Source of the DNA: Octopus vulgaris
Lineage: Eukaryota
DNA length: 64,000 nt
Direction: 5' to 3'
NCBI GenBank assembly: GCA_951406725.2
Contig: OX597815.1
Span: forward strand, 120,962,001-121,026,000
Positions 38,568 to 53,031 of this stretch are shown here, in pieces. The notes under the pieces were generated by a model. It ran no database searches. It saw only the letters and a program-made list of their open reading frames with translations, and had not been told where the DNA came from. A program made the position numbers and the translations under genes. Numbering within the stretch: position 1 is the first letter of the stretch; every line of letters begins with the position of its first letter.

Positions 38568-39775
38568 TTGGGTCATCTCATAAATAATGTGCTTTATTTT
38601 ATACTTCTTTTATTTTTCAAAATTAAGATAAACAAAGTTCTTTCTAATCTAAAATATATTCTTCTTCATTTTCTACAATGCTTTTCCATCTATCTGGTAG
38701 AATTTTCCAAAAATACTCCTCCATTACTAATCTGACCTTGTCTACAGAATTCATATTTTTTCCTTCCAAATGATTTTGAAGACTGCGAAATAAGTGATAA
38801 ACAGATGGAGCAATGTTTGGAGAACATGATGAGTGGGGCATAGTTTCCCATTCAAACTGCTCTGGCCTTTGGAATGTCATCCTTGCTATATGTGGTTAAG
38901 CATTATCCTAATGGAAGAACACCTTTCATCTTGAAACCAAAGATTGTTGTCTTTCTTCTAGCACTGACTTAAACTGCTCAAACTGCTCACAGTGGATCTC
39001 CTTTATTATTGTTTGGGTTGGGTTTAAAAGTTCAAAGTAGACTAAACTTTTCATATTCCTCCAAACAGATAACAACACCTTACGTGGGTGAAGACCTTCT
39101 TTAGCCTGGAGTACCAGTGTTTCTCTTTCCCTATCCACTGTCTTTGTTGCTTGACAGTTTTATAGAGAACCCATTTCTCATCAGCAGTAACTATTCAGGC
39201 CCAAAAAGATTTATTCATGAGAAGTGACAACAAAGAAGAGCACACGTTCACTCTCTGTGTGCGATTAGACTCAGAAAGTTTGTGAGGAACCCATTTGCTG
39301 ACTTTTGCAATGGTAAGTAAGGGGTCAGTGAATAATTGAACGACCAAATCTAAGCTTATCTGCTAGTTCCTCAATAGTTATGATGGGATTTTGTTCCACC
39401 ATGGTATGCAGGATGTCCTTGTTGAGCACTACAGGTCTTCCAGGGTGGTGAGGCTCATCTTCTAGGCTGTAGTTTCCAACTTGGAATTTCTGGAACTACC
39501 ATTAACACTGGATTACGCTTATTGTTTGATCCCCATATACAGCATTTATATTCCTCACACTTTTTGTTGCATTGTTGCTTTTATTGAACTCATAAAGCAA
39601 AATATGTCAAATATGCTCCTTTGTCACTTCCATTATAGCTTTGAAAAAATAACTGTTACAATTGAACTGCACTCATCAAAATTTGCACTGAGAATAAAAA
39701 CAAGGTAAAATTATTACCTGCTTTTATAGCAAGTTGATGCAGGTAGTTTATCTGGTCCCCCTCTGGCTTTCAGTT
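38568..39775 (-). mobile_element. Mariner element with transposase pseudogene; 5' end cut by the adjacent PLE
   Basis: ATG at 39633 (MEVTKEHI*HILLYEF..NAVYG); LHPRKVLLSVW..VYFELL; PHSSCSPNIAPSVYHLFRSLQNHL; TA-ttgggtc terminus at 38568. Confidence 0.88.
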
Positions 39776-42195
39776 CATGAAATTTGTATTTCTTTTGATT
39801 TGTGTATTTTAGGTAAGCCATAGAAGTTGCTGGATTTTGACTCAAAATTGGTAATATAGTCCCTTTCATTAGTGGTGAGGGAGGTATAATGTTTTGAGAC
39901 TAAATAATTGAGTTTCTTCATGATGCGGTAGTCAATATTTGAGGGTATTTCACAGTATAATGTTGTATCCTTTAAATGATCTTCAGCTAGATCCTGGTAA
40001 TATTCCATATCTATTATAACAATAGCACCCCACTTTATTCGCTTGTTTGATGACAATTGTGTTACCATTTTTAAGACGTATAAATACTGACCACCACATC
40101 ACGAAAAAACTCAATTATTTAGTCTCAAAATATTATAACCCTCTCATTCCTAATGAAAGGGACTGTATTACCAATTTTAAGTCGAAATCCAGCAACTTCT
40201 ACAGCTTACCTAAAATACTCAAGTCAAAAGAAATACAAAATGCTATAAAGGAACAAGGTAGTGAATACATAAAACTACCAAAACCAAAAGACCTTAAACT
40301 AAAACTCATTATAGCTGGTCCAGCCTGTCTTACACATCATCTGAGCAACTTCATTGACATATTCCTAAAACCACTATGTAGTCACATACTCAGTGTCCCA
40401 TCTGCCCAAGACATCAGAATCCCATTCACTGTTAGTTTTGATGTAACAAACTTATATACAAACATACCACATGATTTGGGAATTACCGACATAAAATATT
40501 GGGTCAGGAAACATAGAGAAGCGATCCCCAGTAGATTTACTGCAACCTTCATACTAGATGTGGTCAGCCTCATCTTTGAAAATAATACATTCCTTTTCAA
40601 TGAAAAAAATTACCTCCAAATTCGAGACACAACTATGGGCATGTGATTTACTCCAGTTTTTGTGAACTCAGTATTGGGATGCTTGGAACAAAACCTATAT
40701 AAAAAATTGAAGAAAACTATGGCATGACCATTAGAAGACATATAGAAGACACATGGAAAAGATACCTCAATGATTGTTTCCTTATTTGGACCAAATCCCT
40801 TGAAAATCTGGAAGAATTCAGTACCTTCCTCAACAATCTGCACCCTAGTCTCAAATTCACAAAAAGAAATGAGCAACATACATTTACTATTTCTTGACAT
40901 AATGGTAATTAAAAACAATGCCACAATCACAGCTGATATTTATTACAAAAGCAGACACACAACAGTACCTAAATTTTAAATCATGCCATCCAACACACAC
41001 AAAATGTAACCAGCCAGTACTTTAGTAGACGATCCAAATACCAGGAAGATACGACTTATGGAACTCAAAGGATTTCTGCTCAAGCAAAAATACCTACTCC
41101 TACTTATAGAAAATAGCATACAATGAGCAAAAGAGATACCTATAGAACAACTTAGGGCAACACGAAAAAGACAAATACCATTTCTTGTAACACACAATCC
41201 ACATCACCAAAACATTTTAAACATCATCACAACAAATTTGCCACCCATGAAACGAAGTGAAAAATTAAAAACATAATAACTAATCAAACACTTATCTTAA
41301 GCAAAAGGCAGGCACATAACTATTAACAAAGGTAAAATTCAACATGAATAAGCAGGATAAAACATTCAAAGAATCCAAGAGTAATGATAACAGATGTGGA
41401 ACATGTCAATACAGGCATGCTGGTAGATCCATTAGAACAAAAATGGACAGATTTTTCACAAATGCAGATATGAACTGCAAAAGCAGAAATTTGATCTACT
41501 GCATTAAATGCCCTAATTGCAAAGAACTATATATTGGTGAGACAAGGAATACATTATCGGAATGCTCATGAGTCCACAGACAACAAATCCAGAACACTAA
41601 TGTTTGCCAAATTTCATTGAGCGAACATATAGAAACATGTGGTCAGAAAATGTCTCTAATTTTTCCTTTCCACAAACTACATGACACAAGTGAGGTTGGA
41701 AGAAAGATAAAAGAAAAACGTTTTATTAAAATGTTCAAACCTTTTCTGAACAGAAATAACAACAATAATATAGCAACCAGTTAATGATGTGGATTAAAAA
41801 CTATCTTTAACATATGAATGTAAACAAATTAGAGAAGGCTCCCATCAATTGAAATAAAAATGATTGAAACCAACTAGGTTTACTCACTCAAGAAGCCATT
41901 ACATATAAATCATAAGCCAATTGGCTAAAATAAAGGTGGGATCTATGCCAGTAATAATGGTGCACCCAGTAATCCATGATGTTTAAGCTGCATACTGATT
42001 GGTCAAAACCATATTCCAAAAATTCAGCCTGTTAGACCCTTCTAAAAGGTATAAAAAGGAAGAAGTCAGTCATTTTACTACAGTTGTCAAGAATTCAACT
42101 GCCAGTTAAATACATTTTGAAATCTGATAATTACTACAAACATATGAAAGCGTTAACTGAACTTTATGAACATTACAAAATATTTTTTTAATGTT
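39776..42195 (+). mobile_element. Penelope-like retroelement (RT + GIY-YIG pseudogene) with an inverted 5' segment
   Basis: FYSLPKILK, VSFDVTNLYTNIP, YLQIRDTTMG (PLE RT); RCGTC; NLIYCIKCPNCKELYIGETRN (GIY-YIG); degenerate HHR ctgataa..gaaagcgtta at 42124-42155. Confidence 0.9.
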
Positions 42196-42319
42196 TAACA
42201 CACTTCAATATTGTAAATAATTTTTTTTAAATACAATAATAAAAAAACATGAAAACCAGACCATGTTGTAACTTTATTCAACTGATATATATGTATATAC
42301 ATATATGCATCGCTAGCCA

Positions 42320-42468
42320 CTACACACATTTTTTCTTTCCTTCTTTCATTCTGTATTTCTTTCTGTGGAAGAGCATAGGCTCGAAACGTTAAAGACTTTT
42401 TCAATTTCCGAGCGTTTGTTTTCTACAGCACCTGTCTTTGTCTTTTGTTTTTTCATGAATTCTCCCCT
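42320..42468 (+). mobile_element. Solo HHR-containing unit; HHR at 42358-42395
   Basis: tcttt-CTGTGGA-a-gagc-atag-gctc-GAAA-cg-TT-aaaga; perfect stems, one core mismatch; between (TA)n tracts; 3' part also resembles 4920-5000. Confidence 0.7.
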
Positions 42469-42754
42469 ATATATATATATCATCAATATTTAACGCTCAC
42501 CTTTCCATGTTAGTGTGGATCAGATGGAATTTGTTGAGGCAGATTTTCTACAACTGGACGCCCTTTCAATCACCAATTCTCATCCGTTTCCAAGCAAGGC
42601 AATATTTTTCTATAGCTAGACATCTTTTGCAGAGAAGAATGGAAATAAACAACCCTGCTGGTATGATACTGACGGTCAATTACAACATCATGCAATGTTT
42701 AAACAAGGGTACACATAAACACAGACACAAACATACATACATACATACATACCA

Positions 42755-42810
<56 letters not shown>

Positions 42811-43028
42811 GCATCATGCATTATAGATATTATCTCAGGTCACTAAATAGTCTGTTTTGGGTTACCTTGATAACAGTGTGTTAGCATAAATTTTCAGATA
42901 TATTGGTTTGTACCTTTTTCTATATCTAAATATGCTAGCACAATAGAAAAAAAATCAATGGCATTGTATGGTGTAATCATCAATTAAAGATGTGATTTCC
43001 CCATTCTTGTTCATGTTTTATATATATA

Positions 43029-44900
43029 CTGGCACATACACTCGGGGTTGCCCAGGTTAAAGAGAATAATGAAATTTAAAAAACACTGTCTAGATTATAC
43101 AGGTCTCGACTGCTAGTAGCTGAAATACCAACTTTCTACATTAATAACTCTCCAACCCATGCCAGCATGGAACATAGACGTTAAGTGAAATGTTGAAAGA
43201 AAGTTTTCAACTTATATATGTGTATAAAATAAATACATGTAATTCAAAATCACATTTTGTGTAGCTTATTTCATAACCAAAAAACAGGTACAGATTATAA
43301 ACAATGAAAGGCCGATTTTGGTGATCTTTTTGACAGAGGTAGTCAAGAGCTAATCTAATGATAAATCTGACCTTGGATCTTGAAAGTTTGCATGAATCGT
43401 CACTCAGTTAAATCTCTTGTGGCTCCAAATGATGTCATCTGTAGTGCAGCATTATATTATCTAATTTTGTTTTGGAAGTGCTTGGAATCTTGATCAGCTG
43501 ATGACAACAGTTTCTTCAATGGCTCTGGAGGTTGGAGGATTGAAGGAAGTTTAACCTTTCTACCACTGCAGCACAGTGCAGGTGTCTCTCCAGGCCACTT
43601 CCTTGCTTTACAATGTATGCACTCAGTTGTCATTGCACCAATGGAAACTCTAGGGTCATCTATATAATGAACTGCTGGATCATAATTGAAAGCTGCTTCA
43701 TAGAAGTTGCTTCTCTGGGCTGTTGCAATTGCTCTTTGTCCTGCAGTGGAGATCCTATTCCTTGTCAGCTATGCATACCTCTGTTCATCACTTTGAGATG
43801 CTCTAGCTTTTGTAGTGCACAGTCTGTTCGTTTCTTGGTATGCATCCCTTTCTGCAGGTGTCTATCTTTCCCTGGACAGAGACATTCATTTAGCTTGAGA
43901 TTGTAGACAAATTTGACACTTTCCTTCTAGACATGGATATATATACGTATACAAAAACACACAGGGACAGAAGATAGTAAACAATGAAAATAACTGGGTA
44001 ATGGAAATTATATTTCTTAATACGACAGGCAGAAAGTAAATAAGAAATTTTTATGGAAAATAAAGAATAGTACAGGTTGAAGTGAAACTTGTCACTTAGT
44101 GAACCAAAGAGCCAGTATCGAAGGAACCAGAAAAACGCAATTAACAACAGTAAAACACAAAACCGTTGCAAAAGTAGATAAGAAATTTTTAGGAAAATCA
44201 ACTAAATGTATGGATTTAAGTGAAATTTTTGAAGTTACTTCTGTCAGTAAATTATGAACTTACTTTTATCAGTAATTCTGTCTACAACAAAAAACACAAA
44301 ACGTTGCAAAAGTAAATAAGAAATTTGTAGGCAAATTTCACAAAGTGTACGGATTGAAGTGAAATTTATGAAGTTATTTCTGCCTTTAAATTATATATGA
44401 AATTACTTTCAACAGTAATTGGGAACTTCTTTTGGTCAGTAATTTGTAAATAGCAATTGAAAACTTTCAGTGAAAGCAATAGCAATTGAACTTAAAGTGA
44501 AAACAATAGAGAATGAGTAAGATATAGAGAGAGGGGAGAGAGAGAGAACTAGCTAGTTAGACAAATAAGATAGATATAGATCGATAGATAAGATATAGAG
44601 AGATACAGATAGAGATGGATAGAGAGATATAGAGAGGTAGAGATATGCGTGAAAAGCGAATACACACACATCTCTATTTTATATATTAGATGAGATTGTG
44701 ATAATTTTTTGACCAATGGATGTAAAGGAGACAATCAATTTCTGAAATCCAGGAACAGGTATTTTCTGCTCCCATTACTCATTATGTGAAAAATTTTAAG
44801 AGTCTAAAACCATCCCTGGAACATAAGTAATGTATGTTCTCAGTTTGGAGAAAGTCAGTTGAAAAATATGGCTGTTATAATTTTAACACACATTATGTAT
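43029..44900 (-). mobile_element. Helitron remnant with RepHel N-terminal pseudogene (~43330-43760)
   Basis: Minus translation AAFNYDP..IGAMTTECIHCKARKWPGETPALCCSGRKVKLP..PPEPLKKLL..SKHF..IR..QMTSFGA..TFKIQGQIYH; degenerate hairpin and CCAG 3' end at 43029. Confidence 0.85.
44029..44420. repeat. ~138-bp tandem repeat, about 3 diverged copies, inside the Helitron
   Basis: gcaaaagta(a/g)ataagaaattt..aagtgaaa recurs at ~44030, ~44168, ~44306. Confidence 0.75.
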
Positions 44901-45652
44901 GTAAAATTAGACTTCTTTCAGTTTCTGTCTATGAAATGCACTCACAAGACTTTGGTTGTCCTGGGGTTACAGTAGAAAACACTTGCCCAAGGTGTCACAC
45001 AGTTGATCTGATCCCAAGACCACATGGCTGGGAAACAAGCTTCTTAACCACACACCACACCTGCTCCCATTACACCCACACCCACTCACATGCACATGTA
45101 TGTGTGTGTGTGCCTTGGTGTCAGCACAGTTCCAGTTTATCAAAATCTACTCACAAGACATTGGTTGACATGAGGCTGCAGTGGGAGACACTTATGTGAT
45201 ATGCCAACACTTACCTAAGGTGCTCCACAATTGGCTTGACCCCAAAATCATGTACTTGTAAAACAAACTTCTTAATGACATATTCATGGTTGCACTTGAT
45301 TTTTGGTATGTCAGAATCAGCACATATTACATATTCCTCTAGTTATGTTATATCTATATATCAGTCACAATCCAGAAGAAATTATCTGATAGCGTAACTT
45401 TGACAGTTTCATAAAGGAAAGTATGAGTGAATATGAATTAATTTATTTCATGTAATTTTGGATTATAATCCCTAGAGTGAATCTGTGGTTCCAACAATTT
45501 CTAACCATGCTGTCGCAAATTCTTTCTTGAATCAATAACACCCAAGACTATTTTAGAGTAACGACAGAAATATATTCTTTATATAGAATCAATTTATTCA
45601 TATGTTCTGTCACATGTTTCATAATTTTCTTAAGTGTGCGTGTGTGTGTGTG

Positions 45653-45683
<31 letters not shown>

Positions 45684-45855
45684 TTGTGCATGGGCCTGTG
45701 TGTACCTGTGTACCTACCCACATACATCGCATATAAATCTCTGCATGCTTTTGAACATGTGTTTTTTTTCTTATAGCCTTATTTTGTCTGTCTGTCTTTC
45801 TATTTTTCTCTCACTATATATACATGCATATTTATACATACCTTCATACATACAT

Positions 45856-45948
<93 letters not shown>

Positions 45949-47789
45949 CATACACACACGCACACACACACATCCACAGACACTCTCATGCACACAAACA
46001 TATACATCCATATATCTAATATATCTAGATATGTTTGCGAATGCATATGTCCTGTATTTATCACCATCACACATACATACACATACTTATATAGTTATAT
46101 ATACTTAAAAATATATTCATTACATAGAGAAGGTTCCATAAAATCAGGAATCTATTCCTATTATGAAAAGGAATTATATCGCAGCTATTAGTTCCACTTA
46201 CATTTGAAATCATTCCTTGAATATTGACATTTTGCTTTTTTAATTTCCTTCCTAAAAGTATTTTATAGAATGAAAACTTTCCAGGAAAGAAAACTTTTTT
46301 ATTATTTTGGAAGTATCTCAAGAGCTTATTGCTCATATTTCTTTTTCAGCATTCCTCTTTCACCATCCAGTGTAATATAACAGTTTGGTTCTCTTTTAAT
46401 ATCTTAACTTACACTTTACTTTGTATACTATTTCTTGCTGGTCTTATCATATTCTTACATTTCCTTTAATCCAACCATTAATTGTTTATATCTTATTCCT
46501 TGCTTCTCTCTCTTGCTTTTGGATAATTTCTTTACTTGTGCATATGATATATGGAGAATTGTTCTGTAATAGACTCCTTCAAACCATTACTGCATGGAAG
46601 AATAGATCTTGTAACAAAGACAATGATCGTGATCATCATGGTCATCATGATCTCACAGCATCTAATTTTCATTCTGATTGGTTGCCATGCTTCCATTGTG
46701 ACAAGCACAGCTTCCACATTCTAACCGTAGACTATAATTGACTCAACATAATTGACAAAAAATCATTAATTTATTTAACCTTATGTATTTAAATAATAAT
46801 GAGACATTAAAAAGCTTATGTTTCAAAAACAGAAAAATTCGGGGAACAAAAGAAATCACATTCACTTATTGTTATGATGACATTAAACTTATCTAATGTC
46901 AGTTTTCAAAATGCAAATGCTAGAAGGAAGATGTAAAACTAATATTCAATTGATACTCAGTGTTACCAGAAACTAAGAAACCTTTAAAAGATCAGGAAAG
47001 TTGAAACCTTTTGAAGCATTAAGTTGTTTGTTGAAAATGAAAACTGTATAAATCAATACTTTTATCTATTCAATATTCGTCCAGAATATACTTCTTGGGT
47101 TTGGAAAAAAATAGCTTTCTATTTACAGAATGGGTCCAAAACAAAGATTAAAAAAATTGGAAGAAGCAGCATCATATTGGTTAGTAAACAAATGTTAAAT
47201 GGCTAATTATTTTTAAAAAATAAACATCAAACATTTAGAAGCACATTTCTTGGTTAATAACATTGGTTTTCAACAGTTGTAGCACCTTTTGATAAAGGGT
47301 ATTTGGGCTAATTTTGGGGGTCCAGATTCCGAATATGACATCAGTTTTGTGTAGCATCTCAGTTATAGTCACTAAGCACCACAAGCGGAAAATGTGAAAT
47401 ACCTATTTTGAGCATTTTGGATATTATTGGTGCTATTAATTCTTTGTCTAAATGAATTCCTTTAAAATTGAAATTGTGTCTACAAGACTATTTTTAACAT
47501 GAAAGTCAAGGCAATTTCTTGTCTTTTTCATGTACTTAGATGCTCTCACTCTCTCTATATATATACATATCCGTATTAGTAATCAGTATATAATACACCA
47601 ATGTTTCCCAATACTTACAACTGTTGTCACCTCTATTTCTCCTACACATCCTTCCAGTATGACACACACTAAATAGCCTCATGCACTCACAAACAGAAAG
47701 CAGCACACACACATACACACATGGGTAAACACACAGCTAATAGTTTCATACAAACATATGGGCTTATTGAAATTACAAATTAAATCATC

Positions 47790-48030
47790 TCAAATTTTTC
47801 TAGGTTCACATCTAACATAGCTAATATGTATATTTGCACACGTAACATAGACTGGCAAAAAATCGTGTCTCCTCCTACTTTGAATTATTGTATCCAAATA
47901 AATATCATCAATGGAATTACTAACGAAAGGTATGACCTTGACTTTATTTGCTTTTTCTGTAACCACTTTAATTAATCTATTACAATAGCTACCAGTTAAA
48001 AAGTGAACATCAGTTAAATCTCTTTCACAT
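47790..48030 (-). CDS. Candidate terminal exon of an unidentified gene (a + strand exon 47804-47929 is an alternative)
   Basis: Non-repetitive open frame preceded by tttcatAG; no recognisable homology. Confidence 0.2.
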
Positions 48031-48920
48031 CTATGAAACGTTTTTTTCAATTATGGAAAGGAAACATGATCTAAACAAAAATGATTTACTCAACCCCACC
48101 TCCTCCACCTACAATTTTTAAAGTTTCAGAAATGTCTATATCTAACTTGCTGCCTATTTAATCAAAGAGCATGTCTACATTTTTTCTTAAAGGTAATATT
48201 TATCCCTTAAATATGGATGTTCTGTAAGAACAAACTATACTGTGTTAGTTACCATGAGAGAAACCCACATATAGGCATTTTGGTGCAACATGCACTCTTC
48301 TTTATATTGCTAGCAGGGAGATAAATTTACCACTAACTCCAGTGCCAAGCACACCAGATCATGTGATTTTGACCTTGTTTGGTCTTGTCAATGATGGACA
48401 CTTGACTACAATTGACTGTGGAAAATACACCTCATCCATATCATTTTTACCTGATACATTTCCTAAACATAAAATTCTATATTCAAAGCAAATGGGTGTA
48501 TTCTACATACTACTCTAATCCAAAAATGTTCTTTCCGGAAGCAGTTGTCTCTTGCCTTTGTCATTACCCATTACCTGATCAATAACTTGTACCCTACAAC
48601 TACCAAATGCAGAAATATGTTTTCTAAAATGTTTATAAATGTGTTGATTCATATCCATTTTAAATGCTTGTCTATGTCCATTAAGATGTTAGTGAAATGC
48701 CTGAATTGTTTGTTCCACATATTGAATGCCACATTCAGCACAATGTATTAAATAAACTACATTTCAAGACTTGCATTATATCAATAAATTATTGTCAATA
48801 ATAAATATATGTATGTATACTTATATATATACTTACATAGTGTGTGTATGTGATGATGATGATGACGATGATGATATATACATATTTATATATATACATA
48901 CATATACATACATACATACA

Positions 48921-48953
<33 letters not shown>

Positions 48954-48954
48954 C

Positions 48955-49275
48955 AAAGGAGCACTCCATCAGTTATGATGATGAGGAGTCCAGCTGATAC
49001 AATCAACGGAACAGCCTGCTCGTGAAATTAGCGTGCAAGTGGCTGAGCACTCCAGACATGTGTACCTTTAATGTAGTTCTCAGGGAGATTCAGCGTGACA
49101 CAGAGTGTGACAAGACTGACCATTTGAAATACAGGTACTACACATTTTTACCAGCTGAGTGGACCGTAGCAACGTGAAATAAAGTGTTTTGCTCAAGGAC
49201 ACAACGCGGGGAATCGAACTCATGACCTTATGATCGTGAGCCGAATGCCCTAAACACTAAGCCACATGCCTTCAC
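48955..49275 (-). mobile_element. tRNA-derived SINE, family C
   Basis: Reverse complement head tggcttagtg..gagttcgattcccc (A and B boxes); body ccagctgagtgga..gcaacgtgaaat..gctcaag shared with 54015-54270. Confidence 0.8.
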
Positions 49276-49316
49276 GCACACACACACACACACACATACA
49301 TATACATATATATATA

Positions 49317-50570
49317 TTGGGTTGGCCAAAAAGTCCGTTCGTTTTTTTTAGTGTCAACTGTTCAGTCTTCTAATCACTGTTCCGATATTCTTTTTCTTTG
49401 GTAACTGTATTCGGTATAACAAACAAAGTTACATCAGTGTGTAACAAGCCTCAAAGGTGAGAGATTGCAACTTGTTTGATTGCATTTGAACCTAGACATG
49501 GAAGAGTGGGCGGAGTACTATCAGCATCTTATGCTTTTTTTACTTCAGAAAAGGAAAGCAACAGAAACTTGCCGAAAGTTATGCAATGTGTATGGAGAAA
49601 ATGCTGTTTCAAAACGGGTGTGCCAGAAATGGTTTGCTCGATTTCGATCAGGGAATTTTTCAGTAAGTGATGCACCTCACTCTGGCTGGCGAAAAGAAAT
49701 TGACATAGACCAAGTAGTCAAACAAGACTGCAGTCTTACGACCAGACAAATCGCAGATATTCTTAACATATCCAAAACAAGTGTGGAAAATGAATTGCAT
49801 AAACTTGGTTACGTTTCTAAACTTGATGTTTGGGTTCCCTATAAATTGACAGAAGCAAATCTTGTCCAGAGGGTTTCCATTTGTGATTCATTACTGAAAA
49901 GGGAAACAACGAACGCTTTTTGAGAAGAATTGTTACTGAAAAGGAAAAGTGGGTAGTTTATAATAATGTGAAACGAAGAAGATCACGGAAAAAGCAGGGG
50001 TTTCTCCAAAACGAACAACCCAAGCTGGTCTTCACCCAAAGAAAGTTCTGTTATCGATATTGTGGGATTGGAAGGGTGTTATCTTTTTTGAACTTCTTCC
50101 CTTGAATAAAACCATCAATTTAGAGGTTTATTGTGAACAACTCGATAAATTAAACACGGCTCTTCATCAAAAATGGCCAGGATTGGTGAATCGCAAAGGC
50201 GTTGTTTTCCACCATGACAACACAAGGCCACACACTGCTTTGATTACTCGGCAGAAGTTGCTGCAGCTTGAGTGAGGAGTTTTGCCTCACCCTCCATACT
50301 CTCCAGATCTGGCCCCATCAGATTTCCATCTGTTTCGGTCACTGCAAAATTCATTGAATGGAAAAAAATCTTAATTCTGATGAAGACGTGGAAACTTTCT
50401 TGGAAGCTTTTTTTGCTAATAGAGAACCTAAATTCTTCGAACAGAGAAATAAAAGATCTACCCAACAGGTGGCGAAAGGTTATAGAAGCAAATGGTAACT
50501 ATTGTATTGATTAAATACATTTTTCATAATTGTTTACTTTGTTTTGATTTTCACCTAAAAAACGAACGGA
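49317..50570 (+). mobile_element. Near full-length mariner (D,D34D-type) with frameshifted transposase
   Basis: 5' TIR ttgggttggccaaaaagtccgttcgtttttt, partial 3' TIR aaaaaacgaacgga; ATG 49498; WVPYKL, HHDNTRPH, YSPDLAPSD motifs. Confidence 0.95.
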
Positions 50571-50667
50571 AATACATATACATACATACATACATACATA
50601 CATACATACATACATACATACATACATACAAACATACATACATATATGCATACATACATATATATAT

Positions 50668-50858
50668 GTGACCTCGTGTGTACCGTTGGCGATTTTCTTC
50701 CTCTGTCTTCCCTTCTTTGGATCTTTCCTTCTCCTATGTTTCCGACGAAGTGCTCCGCTCGAAATGTTAAACCCTCCTTCTTTCCTGAGCGTCCAATAAT
50801 ACTATATTTGTTCCACGTCCTCGCGTTGTTGTGTTTTTTTGTGCTTTCTTGTTTGGAT

Positions 50859-50862
<4 letters not shown>
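50668..50862 (+). mobile_element. Solo HHR-containing unit; degenerate HHR at 50737-50772
   Basis: gttt-CCGACGA-a-gtgc-tcc-gctc-GAAA-tg-TT-aaac; same family as 18872-19062; flanked by (TA)n. Confidence 0.75.
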
Positions 50863-50904
<42 letters not shown>

Positions 50905-51221
50905 TCACACACACACACACAACCTATTTACAATGAATACACACTCCAGGTGTGGCTATAATTGCAACAGAGTACATAACCCTGTTTTCTCCCCACCACC
51001 CTCTACGGTTAAGTATGCAATGGCTTTCTTAAACTAGTGCAGTTTATTATTTTTATTTCTATATTTTCTTTAATCACATTAGTAGTGATAGCTGAGTCAA
51101 AGTATTTTTTATAAGATTTCATGAAAAGTATTGATTGGAATAGTTGGTTAAAATAACTAACCTGCAGCCCCAGATATTGATAAGAATCCCTGCTTTACAA
51201 TCTCTGATCTCTGATGTGACA

Positions 51222-53031
51222 AGAGAATTTCTAGCCTCTCCTCCGATAAGGACAATTTTAATAGCGTTGCCCCAGTATATAATAAGGCTCTAAAACATAG
51301 TGGTTTCAGCGAAGAAATAACCTATAGACCTGCCACCAGCACAACAATAAAGAAGAGGAAACATAGGAATAGGAAAACCATCTGATTCACACACCCCTAC
51401 TCACCCGAGGTAACCTTCAATATAGGCAAGTATTTCTTAGCACTGATAGATAGACATTTTCCAGTCAACCACACTTACAGGAAGCTCTTCATTAGACACA
51501 ACTTAAAAATCAGTTTCAGCTCAACTACCAATTTTAAAAATATAATCGCACACAACACAAGAAAAACCACAATACGAAACCAGCTGTTCAGGCAGGGATA
51601 AAAATTTGTGCCCGCTAAATGAAGCTTGCATGTCCGAGACCATCATTTACGAAGCCACCGTGGACTCTATCTCCACTAAAGACACGGTTTCGACGAAGAA
51701 ATACGTGGGCCTTACAGAGGGTAATTTCAAGGCCAGGTTCAATAATCACACCTTGAGCTTTAGGCACTGGGATAAAAGGAAAACGACCAAATTATCCAGT
51801 CATATATCGTCATTAAAAGATAAAGGTGTCAGTTACAACATCCATTGGAAAATTTTAGCCAAGTGTAAGCCCTACACCAACGGCAGTGGAAAGTGCGGTC
51901 TGTGTGATATGGAAAGATGGCTCATCTGGAAAAGCAACTTAGATCCCACTACATGTCTGAATTCAAGAACTGAACTTTTCGGGTCATGCCCATACGTAGC
52001 CAAATATTTGTTACGTTTTTGGTCCCCGCGAGACTACAGATAGACCTTGCTTTCTATATTGTGTCCACACACTAGATTTCATCTCTTTATACCTTTTACT
52101 TATATTTCTTATGTATTTTTTATTTTATTTATATTTTTATACATATATTTCTTATATATTTATAGGGGTATTGGTTTATAGGTTTATTGCTTATATATTT
52201 TTTACATATAATTTTTCTGTATTCTACCTTTCCACCCTGCATTTTTCCCTGTGCGTATATAGGCATGTATATGGAATCTTTTGTGCGCGCGTGTGAATGT
52301 GTGCGTGTGTGCAGGTATGTGCGTATATAGATGTGTGCGTGTGTGCGTGCATGCGAGTACTACGTATATAGACGTATTTTACTCTGTGTTTTTACATATT
52401 TTCCTGTATTTTTGCCATTAGTCCTGTTTTTTCTTGTGTATGTGCGCATATAGACGTATGTATGATCTTTTTGTGTGTGCGTGTGTGTGTGCGTATATAC
52501 ATGCGTGCGGGTATGTGCGTATATAGACATGGGTTACTCATTGTATATTCCCTTGTGCCTTTTTTCTGTATTGTTACCCTTAACCCTGTTTTTTCTTGTG
52601 CTTGTGGTTATATAGACGTGTGTATGAACCTTTATGGTGCGCGTGCGTGTGTGTGGGTCTGTATACATTTGAGGAAGGAGCGAGGATGTGTACGTTTTCA
52701 CGTGTGTGTGGATGAATGTATACTTTTAGGCGGATGCACGTAGGTGTGCGGGCGCACATGTGTAGGTATGAACAGGCGCGTTTACGCGAATACTATGAAC
52801 TTTTTACCCCCTTACTTTACTCCCTCCCCTTTCTTAGTGGTCATTCGGATAGCTCTTTTGTCTTAATAACGGTCAATCACACAGTAATGTCCCTTTGTAT
52901 AACGGTCATTTTTCATAGCATTTTTCCGATGGCCGGATAACTGAAGAGATGGCGGTGTGGTTTTCCACCTCGGCATCTGAAACTCGGAGTTTTATCATGG
53001 CTACCGAATAATTGTCACATATTACATTTAC

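Noticed and set aside
49200-49275. tRNA gene candidates at SINE heads
   Set aside because: A and B boxes are present but there is no complete cloverleaf, and they continue into SINE bodies.
51384-51386. In-frame TGA in the PLE ORF as a possible selenocysteine codon
   Set aside because: It falls where Trp (TGG) is expected in the RKIIWF-like motif, and the copy has other lesions; simple decay.
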